Of a stretch of DNA of 41,887 nucleotides, positions 27,181-35,506 are shown piece by piece. Under the pieces are notes generated by a model. It had not been told where the DNA came from and made no database searches. It was given only the letters and a program-made list of their open reading frames with translations. The DNA is taken from positions 1-41,887 of the IMG/VR virus record IMGVR_UViG_3300049781_000046; one strand, written 5' to 3'. Positions within the stretch are counted from its first letter, which is position 1. Each line of letters starts with the position of its first letter. This stretch comes from a virus. Lineage: Duplodnaviria > Caudoviricetes. Both the position numbers and the translations under genes were made by a program.

Positions 27181-27318
27181 TGGCTGCTCCGTTCGTGTGG
27201 GGGTTCACGGGTCGGAGTGCCCATCGAGGCATGCCCTATTCGAGCCGTTTGCCGGATATGCCGTTTCCCTTGTCGGCTCGTAAGCTGACCCTGCTCGGGG
27301 CTGACGCGGAGGTCACCC

Positions 27319-28197
27319 ATGCCCCGAACCATCTGGAGCGGCGCGATCAGCTTCGGCCTGGTCACCGTGCCGATTCACGTGCAGTCGGCAACCGAAAACC
27401 ACTCGATCCAGTTCCACCAGTACCACCTGGAGGACATGGGCCGGGTGCGCGTCAAGAAGGTGTGCGAGATCGAGGACCGCGAGATCGCCCAGTCGGAGAT
27501 CGGCAAGGGCTACGAGTACGCCAAAGACAAGGTCGTCCCCATCTCGGATGAGGAGCTGCGGGACCTACCGCTGCCCACGGCGAAGGCCATCGAGATCGAA
27601 GCGTTCGTGCCGCTCGACAGCATCGACCCCATCCAGATCGGCGACGGCTACTACCTCGCCCCCGACGGCCAGGTCGCGGCGAAACCGTACAAGCTGCTCG
27701 TGCAGGCGTTGGGCCGGTCGTCGAAGGTGGCCGTCGCCAAATACGCCTGGTCCGGGCGCGAACGGCTCGGCCTGCTCCGCATCCGGGACGGCGCGATCGT
27801 CCTGCACGCCATGCACTGGCCCGACGAAATCCGCGACCCAGCCGTCGTCGACCCGCCCAACGAGCAGGTGTCGGACGAGGAGATCGAAGGCGCCCTCGCC
27901 CTCATGGAGACGATGACCCGCGACGACCTCGACGGGCCGGAGTTCGAGGACGCCTACACCGACGCCCTCGCCAAAATCATCGAATCGAAGCGGGAAGACA
28001 AGCCCCTCCCCGAGGTCGCAGAGCCGGAGCAGCCGGCGAAGGTCCTCGACCTCATGGCCGCCCTGACCGAGTCGGTCGAGAAGGCCAAGGCATCCCGCGG
28101 CGAAGACGCCGACGTACACGAAATGCCGAAGAAGAAGACCGCGGCTAAGAAGGCGGCGAAGAAGCAGCCCGCCAAGCGGAAGCCGCGGTCTGCCTAG
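27319..28197 (+). CDS. ku: Ku (NHEJ DNA end-binding) protein
   Basis: MPRTIWSGAISFGLVTVP, IGKGYEY, YYLAP, VLDLMAALTESV, Lys-rich tail. Confidence 0.96.
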   Translation: MPRTIWSGAISFGLVTVPIHVQSATENHSIQFHQYHLEDMGRVRVKKVCEIEDREIAQSEIGKGYEYAKDKVVPISDEELRDLPLPTAKAIEIEAFVPLDSIDPIQIGDGYYLAPDGQVAAKPYKLLVQALGRSSKVAVAKYAWSGRERLGLLRIRDGAIVLHAMHWPDEIRDPAVVDPPNEQVSDEEIEGALALMETMTRDDLDGPEFEDAYTDALAKIIESKREDKPLPEVAEPEQPAKVLDLMAALTESVEKAKASRGEDADVHEMPKKKTAAKKAAKKQPAKRKPRSA

Positions 28198-28520
28198 CCC
28201 TTCGCGATGCCGAGGATCTTGTCTGGTCGGCAGTGCTGGCAGGGGTGGTGGAAGCTGGGGTCTTTGATGAGCGCGTACTGGGCTTTGGTGGCGTCGAGGG
28301 TGGCGACCGGCTGGCTGATCTTGGGGCAGTCGGCGGCGTGGATAGTGACCCCTACGGCTTGGCCGGCTTTGCGTTCCTGCTCGGTGATGTAGCCCGTGGT
28401 TGCTCGTGCCTGCTGCTCGGCGTCTTCGATCCTCTGCCTGGTTTGCCGCAGTTGCCACTCCAGCCAGTCCGCCAGGGTGCGCAGCTTGGCGAGGCGCTCA
28501 GCAGGCGACAGGTCGGTCAT
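28194..28520 (-). CDS. DUF6233-like Zn-binding protein
   Basis: N-terminal coiled coil, IHAADC...PCQHCRPD. Confidence 0.7.
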   Translation of the reverse strand: MTDLSPAERLAKLRTLADWLEWQLRQTRQRIEDAEQQARATTGYITEQERKAGQAVGVTIHAADCPKISQPVATLDATKAQYALIKDPSFHHPCQHCRPDKILGIAKG

Positions 28521-28528
28521 GTGTTCGA
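28513..28528. promoter_or_regulatory. Degenerate actinobacterial LexA (SOS) box
   Basis: TCGGTC-ATGT-GTTCGA against TCGAAC-N4-GTTCGA (2 mismatches); overlaps the leaderless start. Confidence 0.45.
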
Positions 28529-28579
28529 TATTAGGGGGTAGGCTGCGCGACGGCACACCAGGGGCAGAGAGGAGCAGGC

Positions 28580-28777
28580 GTGCACCCAGAGCGCTTCCAC
28601 CTCACCCTCACGTCCGCCGGCCGCCCGGTGATGCAGGGCTGGTGGCCGGTGGAGGCGGTGGCGCGAGATCAGTTGTCGGTGTGGGTGGGCAGCTGGGGAA
28701 CCCTGCCGGACGCCCGCATCACCCTGGTCGACGAGGAGACAGGCGCCGTGTTGACGGAGTGGCCGGAGCCGTCGTGA
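28580..28777 (+). CDS. Hypothetical protein
   Basis: RBS GAGGAG; GRPVMQGWW...ITLVDEETG..L..WP. Confidence 0.7.
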   Translation: MHPERFHLTLTSAGRPVMQGWWPVEAVARDQLSVWVGSWGTLPDARITLVDEETGAVLTEWPEPS

Positions 28778-28797
28778 GCGTCCGCCATACTTCCCGC

Positions 28798-28947
28798 ATG
28801 ATCCCTGAGGAAGTCCCGGCCGTAGGTGAAGAAGACCCCGGTGTAGTTGAGGAAGGCGACGCCCCCGAGGACGTGTACGGGGAGGCGCCGCCGGTGGACA
28901 CCTACCGCTTGTCGTCGCGCCCCGGCGTTGTCAGTGGCCCGTCGTAG
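28798..28947 (+). CDS. Small acidic protein (tentative, leaderless)
   Basis: CATACT 6 nt upstream of ATG. Confidence 0.4.
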   Translation: MIPEEVPAVGEEDPGVVEEGDAPEDVYGEAPPVDTYRLSSRPGVVSGPS

Positions 28948-29030
28948 GCTGATCGCATTCATCAGCCCACGCTCTGGCGCTGGTGGCGCCCCGGCCGTGA
29001 TGCAGCCGGGGCGCGCTGCTGTCGTGAGGG

Positions 29031-29267
29031 TCAGGCGTCGGCCGTCTCCGGGTGCCGGACGGCCTTCTTGACGGCCATCTCCACCTCGACCCGGCTTGTC
29101 TGCTTCTCCGCCGCGTGCTCGGTGACGGCGGCTTGGAAGGCGGCTGCGGCGTCGATCCAGGCTTGCCGGGCCGCGTCGAGGTCGTCGACACCGGGGGAGA
29201 GGTAGTGCTGGTGCGCCTGCACGGCAGCGTGTTCGAGCTGGGCGAGGTCTTCGAAGGTGTGTGCCAC
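29031..29267 (-). CDS. Hypothetical helical protein
   Basis: FQAAVTEHAA...VEMAVKKAVRHPE; TAAGAT upstream. Confidence 0.7.
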   Translation of the reverse strand: MAHTFEDLAQLEHAAVQAHQHYLSPGVDDLDAARQAWIDAAAAFQAAVTEHAAEKQTSRVEVEMAVKKAVRHPETADA

Positions 29268-29276
29268 CGGGGGATC

Positions 29277-29477
29277 TTAAGCGGCCGTCGTCACGTCCCC
29301 GCGCGTGACCCGGTCCAGTTCGGCGAGCAGCCGCCGATACTCGGCACGCTGCGCCTCCGACAGGGGCGGCGCCGGATGTCCACGCCCGGTCCACAGGGCG
29401 CGGATGCGGTCGTTGAGCTCGGCCGCAAGGTCGGCGGCCGTGCACGACGGAGGGCGCTCGGACGGAGTGGGGGACAC
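29277..29477 (-). CDS. Hypothetical protein
   Basis: ELNDRIRALW...QRAEYRRLLAE; TAGAAT upstream. Confidence 0.65.
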   Translation of the reverse strand: MSPTPSERPPSCTAADLAAELNDRIRALWTGRGHPAPPLSEAQRAEYRRLLAELDRVTRGDVTTAA

Positions 29478-29511
29478 GTCCCTGATTCTATCGACGACCA
29501 CTGTCAGAGAC

Positions 29512-29757
29512 TCATGGCGCGGGCGGATGAGGTAGCTCGGTGACGAAGGTGCCGATGCCCGGCTGCATCTCGGCGAGCCCCGCCTGGCGCAGCTCCTTCA
29601 GCACGCGCTTCGCGGTCACCTGCGAGATCTCGAACTCGCCGCAGATGTCCATGGCGGAGGGGAGTCGTCCGCCGGGCTCGTAGGTGCCGTCGACGATCCG
29701 CTCGGACATCACGGCGTACACCTGCCGCCATCTCGGAATCTCCGGCTCCCACTTCAT
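29512..29757 (-). CDS. GntR-family winged-HTH regulator (DNA-binding domain only)
   Basis: PRWRQVY...GTYEPGGRLPS...EFEISQVTAKRVLKEL...PGIGTFV. Confidence 0.9.
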   Translation of the reverse strand: MKWEPEIPRWRQVYAVMSERIVDGTYEPGGRLPSAMDICGEFEISQVTAKRVLKELRQAGLAEMQPGIGTFVTELPHPPAP

Positions 29758-29799
29758 GATCCCGAAGCTAGGTGGACCAAGCCGGACACGCGAGATCAG

Positions 29800-29826
29800 A
29801 CGACCTATACGACCTATACCGCCTAT
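29800..29826. repeat. Three tandem 9-bp repeats, likely GntR operator
   Basis: ACGACCTAT ACGACCTAT ACCGCCTAT between divergent genes. Confidence 0.6.
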
Positions 29827-29914
29827 CCCGCAGGAGTAGCCTGCAATTGCACAGACCCCCGCGACCGCCTGCACCGCGGCCCGGGGGCATGGCCGACGAA
29901 CTGGAGCCGTCGAC

Positions 29915-30259
29915 GTGGCACACAGTACGGAGCAACGCACGACCGCACAGCACACAGAACTCGACCAGCTCATCGCCGAAGCCAAGGACGCGACCGGCAT
30001 CCTCCCCACCATCGACCGCTGCGAGGGGTTGCGCGACGGGTTGCGGGCCGCCATCACCGACCTCTCCGACCAGGTCCGCCGCCGCCTCGACGGCGCGGAC
30101 GCCGGCACGGACGAGTGGATGCGCCTCGAAGGAGCGCTCCTCCAAGCGCAGGGAGCCCTCCTCGGCGGCCTCGGCCTCGGCCTACGATCGGCGGCCGTCC
30201 ACGTGAAGACGCTCGGCGAGGCCGCCGAGGCACTCGCCGACTGCATACGCGACGACTGA
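29915..30259 (+). CDS. Hypothetical helical protein (DUF6415-like)
   Basis: RBS GGAG; LGLGLRSAAVHVKTLG; divergent from the GntR gene. Confidence 0.6.
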   Translation: MAHSTEQRTTAQHTELDQLIAEAKDATGILPTIDRCEGLRDGLRAAITDLSDQVRRRLDGADAGTDEWMRLEGALLQAQGALLGGLGLGLRSAAVHVKTLGEAAEALADCIRDD

Positions 30260-30503
30260 CCGCCGATGGCACCCTGCACCCGCCGTGGTCAGATCATCGG
30301 GTTACCGGCAGGAACGTTTGGCCAGCACCTGACCTGCGCAATACCAGGCGATGGCCAGAGGATCGCGGTCGGCGAGAACTTCACATGGCGGGCACAGAAT
30401 CCGCCCGCATATATGCAGCAAGCGCATTCCGTGGAGGGGTACCGGAACTGTTGACTCGAAGTCCACGGCGCACCGGCATCCCCCCACACGGCGCACCGCA
30501 CCA

Positions 30504-30746
30504 TCAGCCGCTCAGGAGGTCGGTCACATGGCACCGCAAGGCGTGAGCGATCAGCAGAAGGTCCGAGTACCGGGGATCCCGCCGCCCTGACTCGTAGCGC
30601 TGGATCGACCGCCGCTCCATGCCGGCGAGGTTGCCGAGCTCTTCCTGTGAGAGGTCGGCTCGCTGACGTAACTGGGCGATGCGGTGGCCGAGGGCGACTT
30701 GCCTGGCGATGACCCAGTCGGGTTTGGGGTTGCGGCGTGCTGGCAC
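30504..30746 (-). CDS. XRE-family HTH regulator
   Basis: LRQRADLSQEELGNLAGMERRSIQRYESGRRDP. Confidence 0.9.
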   Translation of the reverse strand: MPARRNPKPDWVIARQVALGHRIAQLRQRADLSQEELGNLAGMERRSIQRYESGRRDPRYSDLLLIAHALRCHVTDLLSG

Positions 30747-31165
30747 CTCGCAAACGCTTCGGCCCTAGTGATCTTGTGTCAGTACCCAAACGGTCGCCAA
30801 TCGATCAAGATGAGGGACCGGCCGCGCGAGGGCATGGCATATGCCGCGAGACTCTGTGTAGTGTGCAGAAATCGAAAGCTTGTTCGCCCGATCGGGTGAA
30901 CCACCCCATGGACCTGCACCCGTTAGGCAAGGAGAGAGGTCGGGGAACAGAGCGTGCCGGTGGGCCACGTGTAGGGCGCCCCCTGTTGTGGTCACCGGCG
31001 CGAGCGCGCCCCCAGCTGACAGGCTGGGGGCGCGTGCTCGTATTTGGGAGACGGTTTGGGAGACGATCATGCAGACGGAACCCGGAGGAACACCCAAGCA
31101 ACCCGGCGCAACGCGGCCCCAATCCCGGTGAATGCAGGTGGGGCGGGAAGCGGTCGCAGGTCCCC

Positions 31166-31261
31166 CACCGCGACGCGGCGATCTACACCATCTTCGAGGG
31201 CACCAGCGAGATCCAGCGCCTGGTGATCGCGCGGACGCTCTCCGGGATGCCCATCCGGTAG
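31166..31261 (+). other. 3' fragment of a host acyl-CoA dehydrogenase gene (attP replacement sequence)
   Basis: HRDAAIYTIFEGTSEIQRLVIARTLSGMPIR* matches the acyl-CoA dehydrogenase C-terminal signature; no 5' part present. Confidence 0.9.
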
Positions 31262-31304
31262 CGAAGTCTCAGCAGCAGGACGCGCATAGATCGTTCCTAC
31301 AAGC

Positions 31305-31334
31305 AAGGCCCTCCCGGAGGATCGGGAGGGCCTT
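31305..31334. terminator. Bidirectional terminator hairpin
   Basis: AAGGCCCTCCCG-N6-CGGGAGGGCCTT between the fragment and the integrase stop. Confidence 0.75.
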
Positions 31335-31355
31335 CTGCTGTTGCGCGATTAGAGA

Positions 31356-32648
31356 TCAAACCGAACTTGGGAGACGGTTGGGAGATCGTTTTCTTCGGGA
31401 GGGCTTCAGTGGGGGATACGGGCCGAACTCGCGGCAGTCCGTGACGACCTTCAACGAGCCCTCCCACAGCCTCTGGAGGTGCTCGGCGATCGCCAGTTCC
31501 ATCGCCAACGTCACATGCGAGTATGTGCCCTCGACGCCCTGGAGCACATGCCCCATCCGTGCCTCAACAGCAACCCTAGGATGATTCCCCTCATCCAGCC
31601 AGACCTTCTGAGAATGCCTCAGACCGTGCGGCGTCAGCCCCTCGACACCCAGCACTGGACGAACTCCCGGCCGGGCCTTCGCACCCCGAACCACGCCCCG
31701 CGGCGCTCGCCCCGACACCATGGGCTGCCACGTCTCCGCGTACCAGTCCCCGCCCCTCAGCAGCCGGCCGCCCCTGGGGGCCGTGAACACCCACTCGCTC
31801 TTGGGGCGGGAGTCCATCAGCTCCTGGAGCAAATCAGCGAGGAACGGCGGCAGGATGAGGCCGCGCCCGGAGTCGTATTTGTTGTCGATCTCGGTGAACT
31901 CCCCGCTGATGTACTGGCTCTGCTGCACCGAGTGCAAGCGCGCGCCTTCCCCGGTGTCCTTCAGGGTCAGCTGGTCGCGGTGCACGCCTGCCACTTCACC
32001 GATGCGCAGGCCCGTGTAGGCGGAGGCCAGCACGATGGCGTATTCGTTCAGTCCGCGCATCTCCAGGGCGTTGCGTGCGATGAGCAGCACCTGCCGCGGG
32101 GTGGCGATGACCTTCTCGTCCTTCGGTTTCGGTTTGTACTTGCCACGGCGGCCCGACTTGCGTGCGGCAACCGGGTTGTCGCTGCGTAGCTTCTCGGCGA
32201 CCGCGTCGTCCATCATCGTGCGGAACGTCGACATGACGTTGTCGGCGTAGTTCTTGGAGAGGGATGCCCGCAGGCGCTTCTCCCAGGCGGCGATCCCTGT
32301 CGGTGAGAGGTCGCCGACGGCGACGGAACCCCATGCAGGGAGGATCTGGTTCTTCAGCCTAAGCCGGTACTCCTTCTCACTGAGTGGGCCGACGTCGATG
32401 GAGGGCAGCCAGGCCTGGGCCCATTCTTCGACGGTGGTGCGGCCGTCGCGCGGGTTGATGAACTGTTTGCGGCGCACGTCGACTTCGAGGCCGTGCGCGT
32501 ACTGCTCGGCGGCCCGCTCGGTGTAGAAGGGCTGGCCGTTGTCGTCTTTGGAGACGGAGCCCCACTTGCCGTTGGGGAGTTTGTACCTGCCGCGCCAACG
32601 GTGCTTGCGGGCTTGCTTGTCGTAGCCGCGTTTCTCCGCGTGCGCCAT
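31356..32648 (-). CDS. int: Tyrosine integrase
   Basis: YTGLRIGE, HGLRHS, RMGH...TYSH catalytic residues; N-terminal arm-binding domain. Confidence 0.96.
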   Translation of the reverse strand: MAHAEKRGYDKQARKHRWRGRYKLPNGKWGSVSKDDNGQPFYTERAAEQYAHGLEVDVRRKQFINPRDGRTTVEEWAQAWLPSIDVGPLSEKEYRLRLKNQILPAWGSVAVGDLSPTGIAAWEKRLRASLSKNYADNVMSTFRTMMDDAVAEKLRSDNPVAARKSGRRGKYKPKPKDEKVIATPRQVLLIARNALEMRGLNEYAIVLASAYTGLRIGEVAGVHRDQLTLKDTGEGARLHSVQQSQYISGEFTEIDNKYDSGRGLILPPFLADLLQELMDSRPKSEWVFTAPRGGRLLRGGDWYAETWQPMVSGRAPRGVVRGAKARPGVRPVLGVEGLTPHGLRHSQKVWLDEGNHPRVAVEARMGHVLQGVEGTYSHVTLAMELAIAEHLQRLWEGSLKVVTDCREFGPYPPLKPSRRKRSPNRLPSSV

Positions 32649-32710
32649 GGTCACCTCGCGCATTGATCACTGATGGCTGAACTGTGGCATGCAGTGGGGG
32701 GTGCTGCCTA

Positions 32711-32926
32711 TCAGCCTGTGACTGCTCTGAGGGTGCGCAGAACGGCGTCGTTGTCGATGCGCTGCCATCCGGCCACGGTGGTGCGCAGTATCCGCTGCAA
32801 TGCGGTGGCGCCCTGGTCGGTGATGAGCTTCTTGTCGATGTAGATCGTGAAGCAGTCGACGCCGTCGTCGATCCACACTTCAACGTTGTACGGCATCCCT
32901 GACACACGCAGAACCCGCAAGCACAT
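32711..32926 (-). CDS. Hypothetical protein co-oriented with cI and int
   Basis: GGGGGA RBS then ATG; MCLRVLRVSGMPYNVEVWID... Confidence 0.55.
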   Translation of the reverse strand: MCLRVLRVSGMPYNVEVWIDDGVDCFTIYIDKKLITDQGATALQRILRTTVAGWQRIDNDAVLRTLRAVTG

Positions 32927-33031
32927 AGGTCCCCCAAGACCACTGCGGGCGCCCCCCATTGTGGTGTCCGGATATGACACCACACGTTCGGGTGGTGCGG
33001 GAGGGGATGTGCGCAATGAGTGTGCGGGAGG

Positions 33032-33589
33032 TTACGAACCGTTGGCAGCGCGGGGTTCGTCGCCGCCATCGTCGTCGTCCGGAAGGCGCCTCAGGTTCTC
33101 CTCGGCCCGCCGCCACGCGAGCAGCGCTTCCTGGATCTGCTGCGGTGTCGCCTCGGGGGCGCCGTGCACGACCACGGTCATGCGGGCGCCGTTCACGCCA
33201 GGCAGCTGGATGACGGCGGAGTCGAGCAGCGGGTCGTCGGACTCCAGTTCGTCCACAATCCGCAGCGGAAGCTTGCGGCGCAGCTTGTCGGCTTCGACCT
33301 CGCCGTGTTCGCCGGGGGGAGTGTCGGGGGCGGGGACGGGGTCGCCGCCGTCGAGGATGAGGCGCCCGGAGCCGACCGCCCAGCCGAGGTGCGGTTCGAT
33401 TTTGGCGAGGGTCTGCGGCATGCGGTTACGGGGCTTGCCGGCTTCGAGGTTCTGAACGCTCCCCTCGGCGATGCCGGCGAGCATGGCGAGGGCCTCCTGC
33501 GAGAGCCCTCGGGCTTCGCGGGCCGCTCGGATGGCGGTTGCGAGCCGTGGCCACTGCAGCTTGGTCCGGTCCTCTGTCATGGCCTTCAT
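33032..33589 (-). CDS. CI-like immunity repressor (XRE)
   Basis: IRAAREARGLSQEALAMLAGIAEGSVQNLEAG; divergent from cro; start 33589 or 33580. Confidence 0.85.
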   Translation of the reverse strand: MKAMTEDRTKLQWPRLATAIRAAREARGLSQEALAMLAGIAEGSVQNLEAGKPRNRMPQTLAKIEPHLGWAVGSGRLILDGGDPVPAPDTPPGEHGEVEADKLRRKLPLRIVDELESDDPLLDSAVIQLPGVNGARMTVVVHGAPEATPQQIQEALLAWRRAEENLRRLPDDDDGGDEPRAANGS

Positions 33590-33812
33590 GATGCACCACC
33601 GTTAGGCAACACGCACCCACTGAATCCCCTAATTGACCAGGATTGATCGGTCTTGGGGGCGCTTTTTTGTTGCCTCGTTAGCGCCTTATTGCGCTTGCGC
33701 CCCGCATTCACTCCCACGCACTCCGTGCACCTCTGGCCACAGGTTCAGGCGTGCGGCACCACGAAACACCCAACGAAGCCCGAACAACACCCAAGGAATC
33801 CGGCACAACGCC

Positions 33813-33842
33813 TTGCGGCTGCGTCATGGTTGGGTCTACGTT
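33813..33842 (+). promoter_or_regulatory. Early lytic promoter (leaderless cro)
   Basis: TTGCGG-N18-TACGTT, 7 nt before GTG 33850. Confidence 0.55.
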
Positions 33843-33849
33843 GAGCCCT

Positions 33850-34113
33850 GTGAGACCCAACGGAGCCGCAATGAAGGCAATCCGCGAGGCACGGGGGATC
33901 AGCCTTCGGCAGCTCGCAAAGGAAATCGGCAGAGACCCGGGCTTCCTGTCCCGCGTCGAGGACGACCAACAGGGCGCCAGCGACGAAACCCTCCGCCTTT
34001 ACGCCACGTACCTCCGCGTCCCCACCCGCGCAATCACCCACAAGGAGACCCCCCGTGACCAGGACCGACCTGGCTCCCCCCAGCGAGACGACTCTGATCC
34101 TGCGCCTGACTGA
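33850..34113 (+). CDS. Cro-like HTH protein
   Basis: MRPNGAAMKAIREARGISLRQLAKEIGRDPGFLSRVE. Confidence 0.85.
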   Translation: MRPNGAAMKAIREARGISLRQLAKEIGRDPGFLSRVEDDQQGASDETLRLYATYLRVPTRAITHKETPRDQDRPGSPQRDDSDPAPD

Positions 34114-34366
34114 GATCAAGGAAGCCGTTGAGCGGCTGGCCGCAGCCTCCACCGCGGCCGAGCTGGAGCTCACTGCCTTCACGCCGGCCAAGGCCGCCGA
34201 ACTCCTCGGCAAGACCGAGAACTGGGTGGTCGAGGCCATCCAGGACGGCCGAATCCCCCACACCTACGTCGGCAAGTCGCCGCGCATGACGGCCGACCAC
34301 ATCCGCTGGGTCCTCGCCAACGGCGAGCGCAAGCCCAACCAGTACGCCAAGCCCATCGCCGCCTGA
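34055..34366 (+). CDS. Excisionase-like HTH protein
   Basis: FTPAKAAELLGKTENWV...GRIPHTYVGKSPRM; RBS AAGGAG. Confidence 0.75.
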   Translation: MTRTDLAPPSETTLILRLTEIKEAVERLAAASTAAELELTAFTPAKAAELLGKTENWVVEAIQDGRIPHTYVGKSPRMTADHIRWVLANGERKPNQYAKPIAA

Positions 34367-34469
34367 GACGGCAAACGCCCCGACCGCCGGGGGCTACCGG
34401 CAGCAGGGGCGCCGCGGCCCTAGAGCCGCCGATCCACACCACCAGAACGCAGAGACAGGAGCGTGGACC

Positions 34470-34778
34470 GTGTCCACTTCATCTTCCCAGAAGCCGAAGA
34501 GCTTCTACGCGGACATCCCGCCCCAGGTGTACGAGATCACCTGGCAGTCCGGCCACGTCGAGCGGGTCATCGCCCACCAGGTTTCCCACGACACGCTGCG
34601 GGTGCGCGTTGCCGCCCTCGGCGACGGCGCGTTCGGAACCGACAGCGAGGGTGCCCGGATCAAGTTCCACGCCGAGGTCGACGGGCGTTGGACGTTGCAG
34701 TTGTCGGCGCACGAGGCGGACATCCGCACGATCCGCAACATCACGGATGGCGAGCAGGCTCCCGGCGGTGCCGCATGA
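34470..34778 (+). CDS. Hypothetical early protein
   Basis: RBS AGGAG; coupled to the next gene. Confidence 0.65.
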   Translation: MSTSSSQKPKSFYADIPPQVYEITWQSGHVERVIAHQVSHDTLRVRVAALGDGAFGTDSEGARIKFHAEVDGRWTLQLSAHEADIRTIRNITDGEQAPGGAA

Positions 34779-35506
34779 CCGACTACCCGGAGATCGCTGC
34801 CCGGTTCGCCCGGGACACGGCCGCCCACGAGATGGTCGTCCTGCACGACGACGGCCTGTACCGGCACCTGCGGTTCTCCGCCCCCCAGGGCGGCTTCTAC
34901 TGGTACGACCTGATCACCGTCCCCTACGCGTTGATCTTCCGAGGCGACGGCGAGTCCTACGTCTTCTCCATCGACGCGACCGAGGACATGTTCGTCCTCT
35001 TCCGGAAGTCCAGCTACAAGGGGTCGATCAACCCCGGCTACTGGTCTGAGAAGCTCCGCAGCAGCCGGAACGCCGCAACGGCCTACAGCCAGAAGCTGTT
35101 CGAGGGAGAGGTTGCTCGCGACCTGGCGATCGCCGAAGAGGACTACCCCGGCATCACCGAGGCCTGGAACGAGCACGTCGAGTCCGAGTTCAACATCGAG
35201 TACGAGGACGAGGCTCGCCGCGCCCTCGACGAGTTCCGCTTCGGCGAGAAGCACCGCGCCTCGTGCAGCGAGTGCGACTGGGAGTTCGAGAGCGAGAGCA
35301 GCACGGCCGCCTCGCTGAAGCTGCACCGCCACCGCAAGGAGACTGGCAACGAGCACACCGGCAGCGTCCGCGACCTCACCTTCGCCTTCTCGGACACGTG
35401 GGAGTGGCAGCTCCAGGACTTCAACTGGTGGTTCCTGTGGGCCTGCCACGCGATCCTCGCAGGCGTCGGCCAGTACGACGCCGCCCGGAAGCAGGTGGCC
35501 GCATGA
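34775..35506 (+). CDS. Conserved phage hypothetical protein with a C2H2-like insert
   Basis: HDDGLYRHLRF...YWYDLIT...INPGYWSEK...FLWACHAI; CSEC...H..H segment. Confidence 0.8.
   Translation: MTDYPEIAARFARDTAAHEMVVLHDDGLYRHLRFSAPQGGFYWYDLITVPYALIFRGDGESYVFSIDATEDMFVLFRKSSYKGSINPGYWSEKLRSSRNAATAYSQKLFEGEVARDLAIAEEDYPGITEAWNEHVESEFNIEYEDEARRALDEFRFGEKHRASCSECDWEFESESSTAASLKLHRHRKETGNEHTGSVRDLTFAFSDTWEWQLQDFNWWFLWACHAILAGVGQYDAARKQVAA

Larger units (their letters stand above)
31043..31387. other. attP with integrase arm-type repeats
   Basis: TTGGGAGA repeats in tandem pairs at 31043-31065 and 31367-31387 flanking a host-gene fragment; adjacent to the integrase 3' end. Confidence 0.85.

Noticed and set aside
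26042-27232. 396-aa version of the recombinase ORF
   Set aside because: Catalytic motif starts at 26638 with a good RBS; the extension crosses the res site, a terminator and another gene
30260-30500. Short ORFs, palindrome GCATATATGC and 12-bp direct repeat CACGGCGCACCG
   Set aside because: No convincing coding signal or assignable function; may be regulatory but unsupported
30737-31261. 174-aa ORF as a real gene or acyl-CoA dehydrogenase pseudogene
   Set aside because: Only the last 31 codons resemble the enzyme; the rest runs through attP arm repeats
34376-34412. Intergenic hairpins in the early region (also about 37830-37862 and 41038-41064) as ncRNAs
   Set aside because: Simple GC stems are more economically explained as terminators or processing sites
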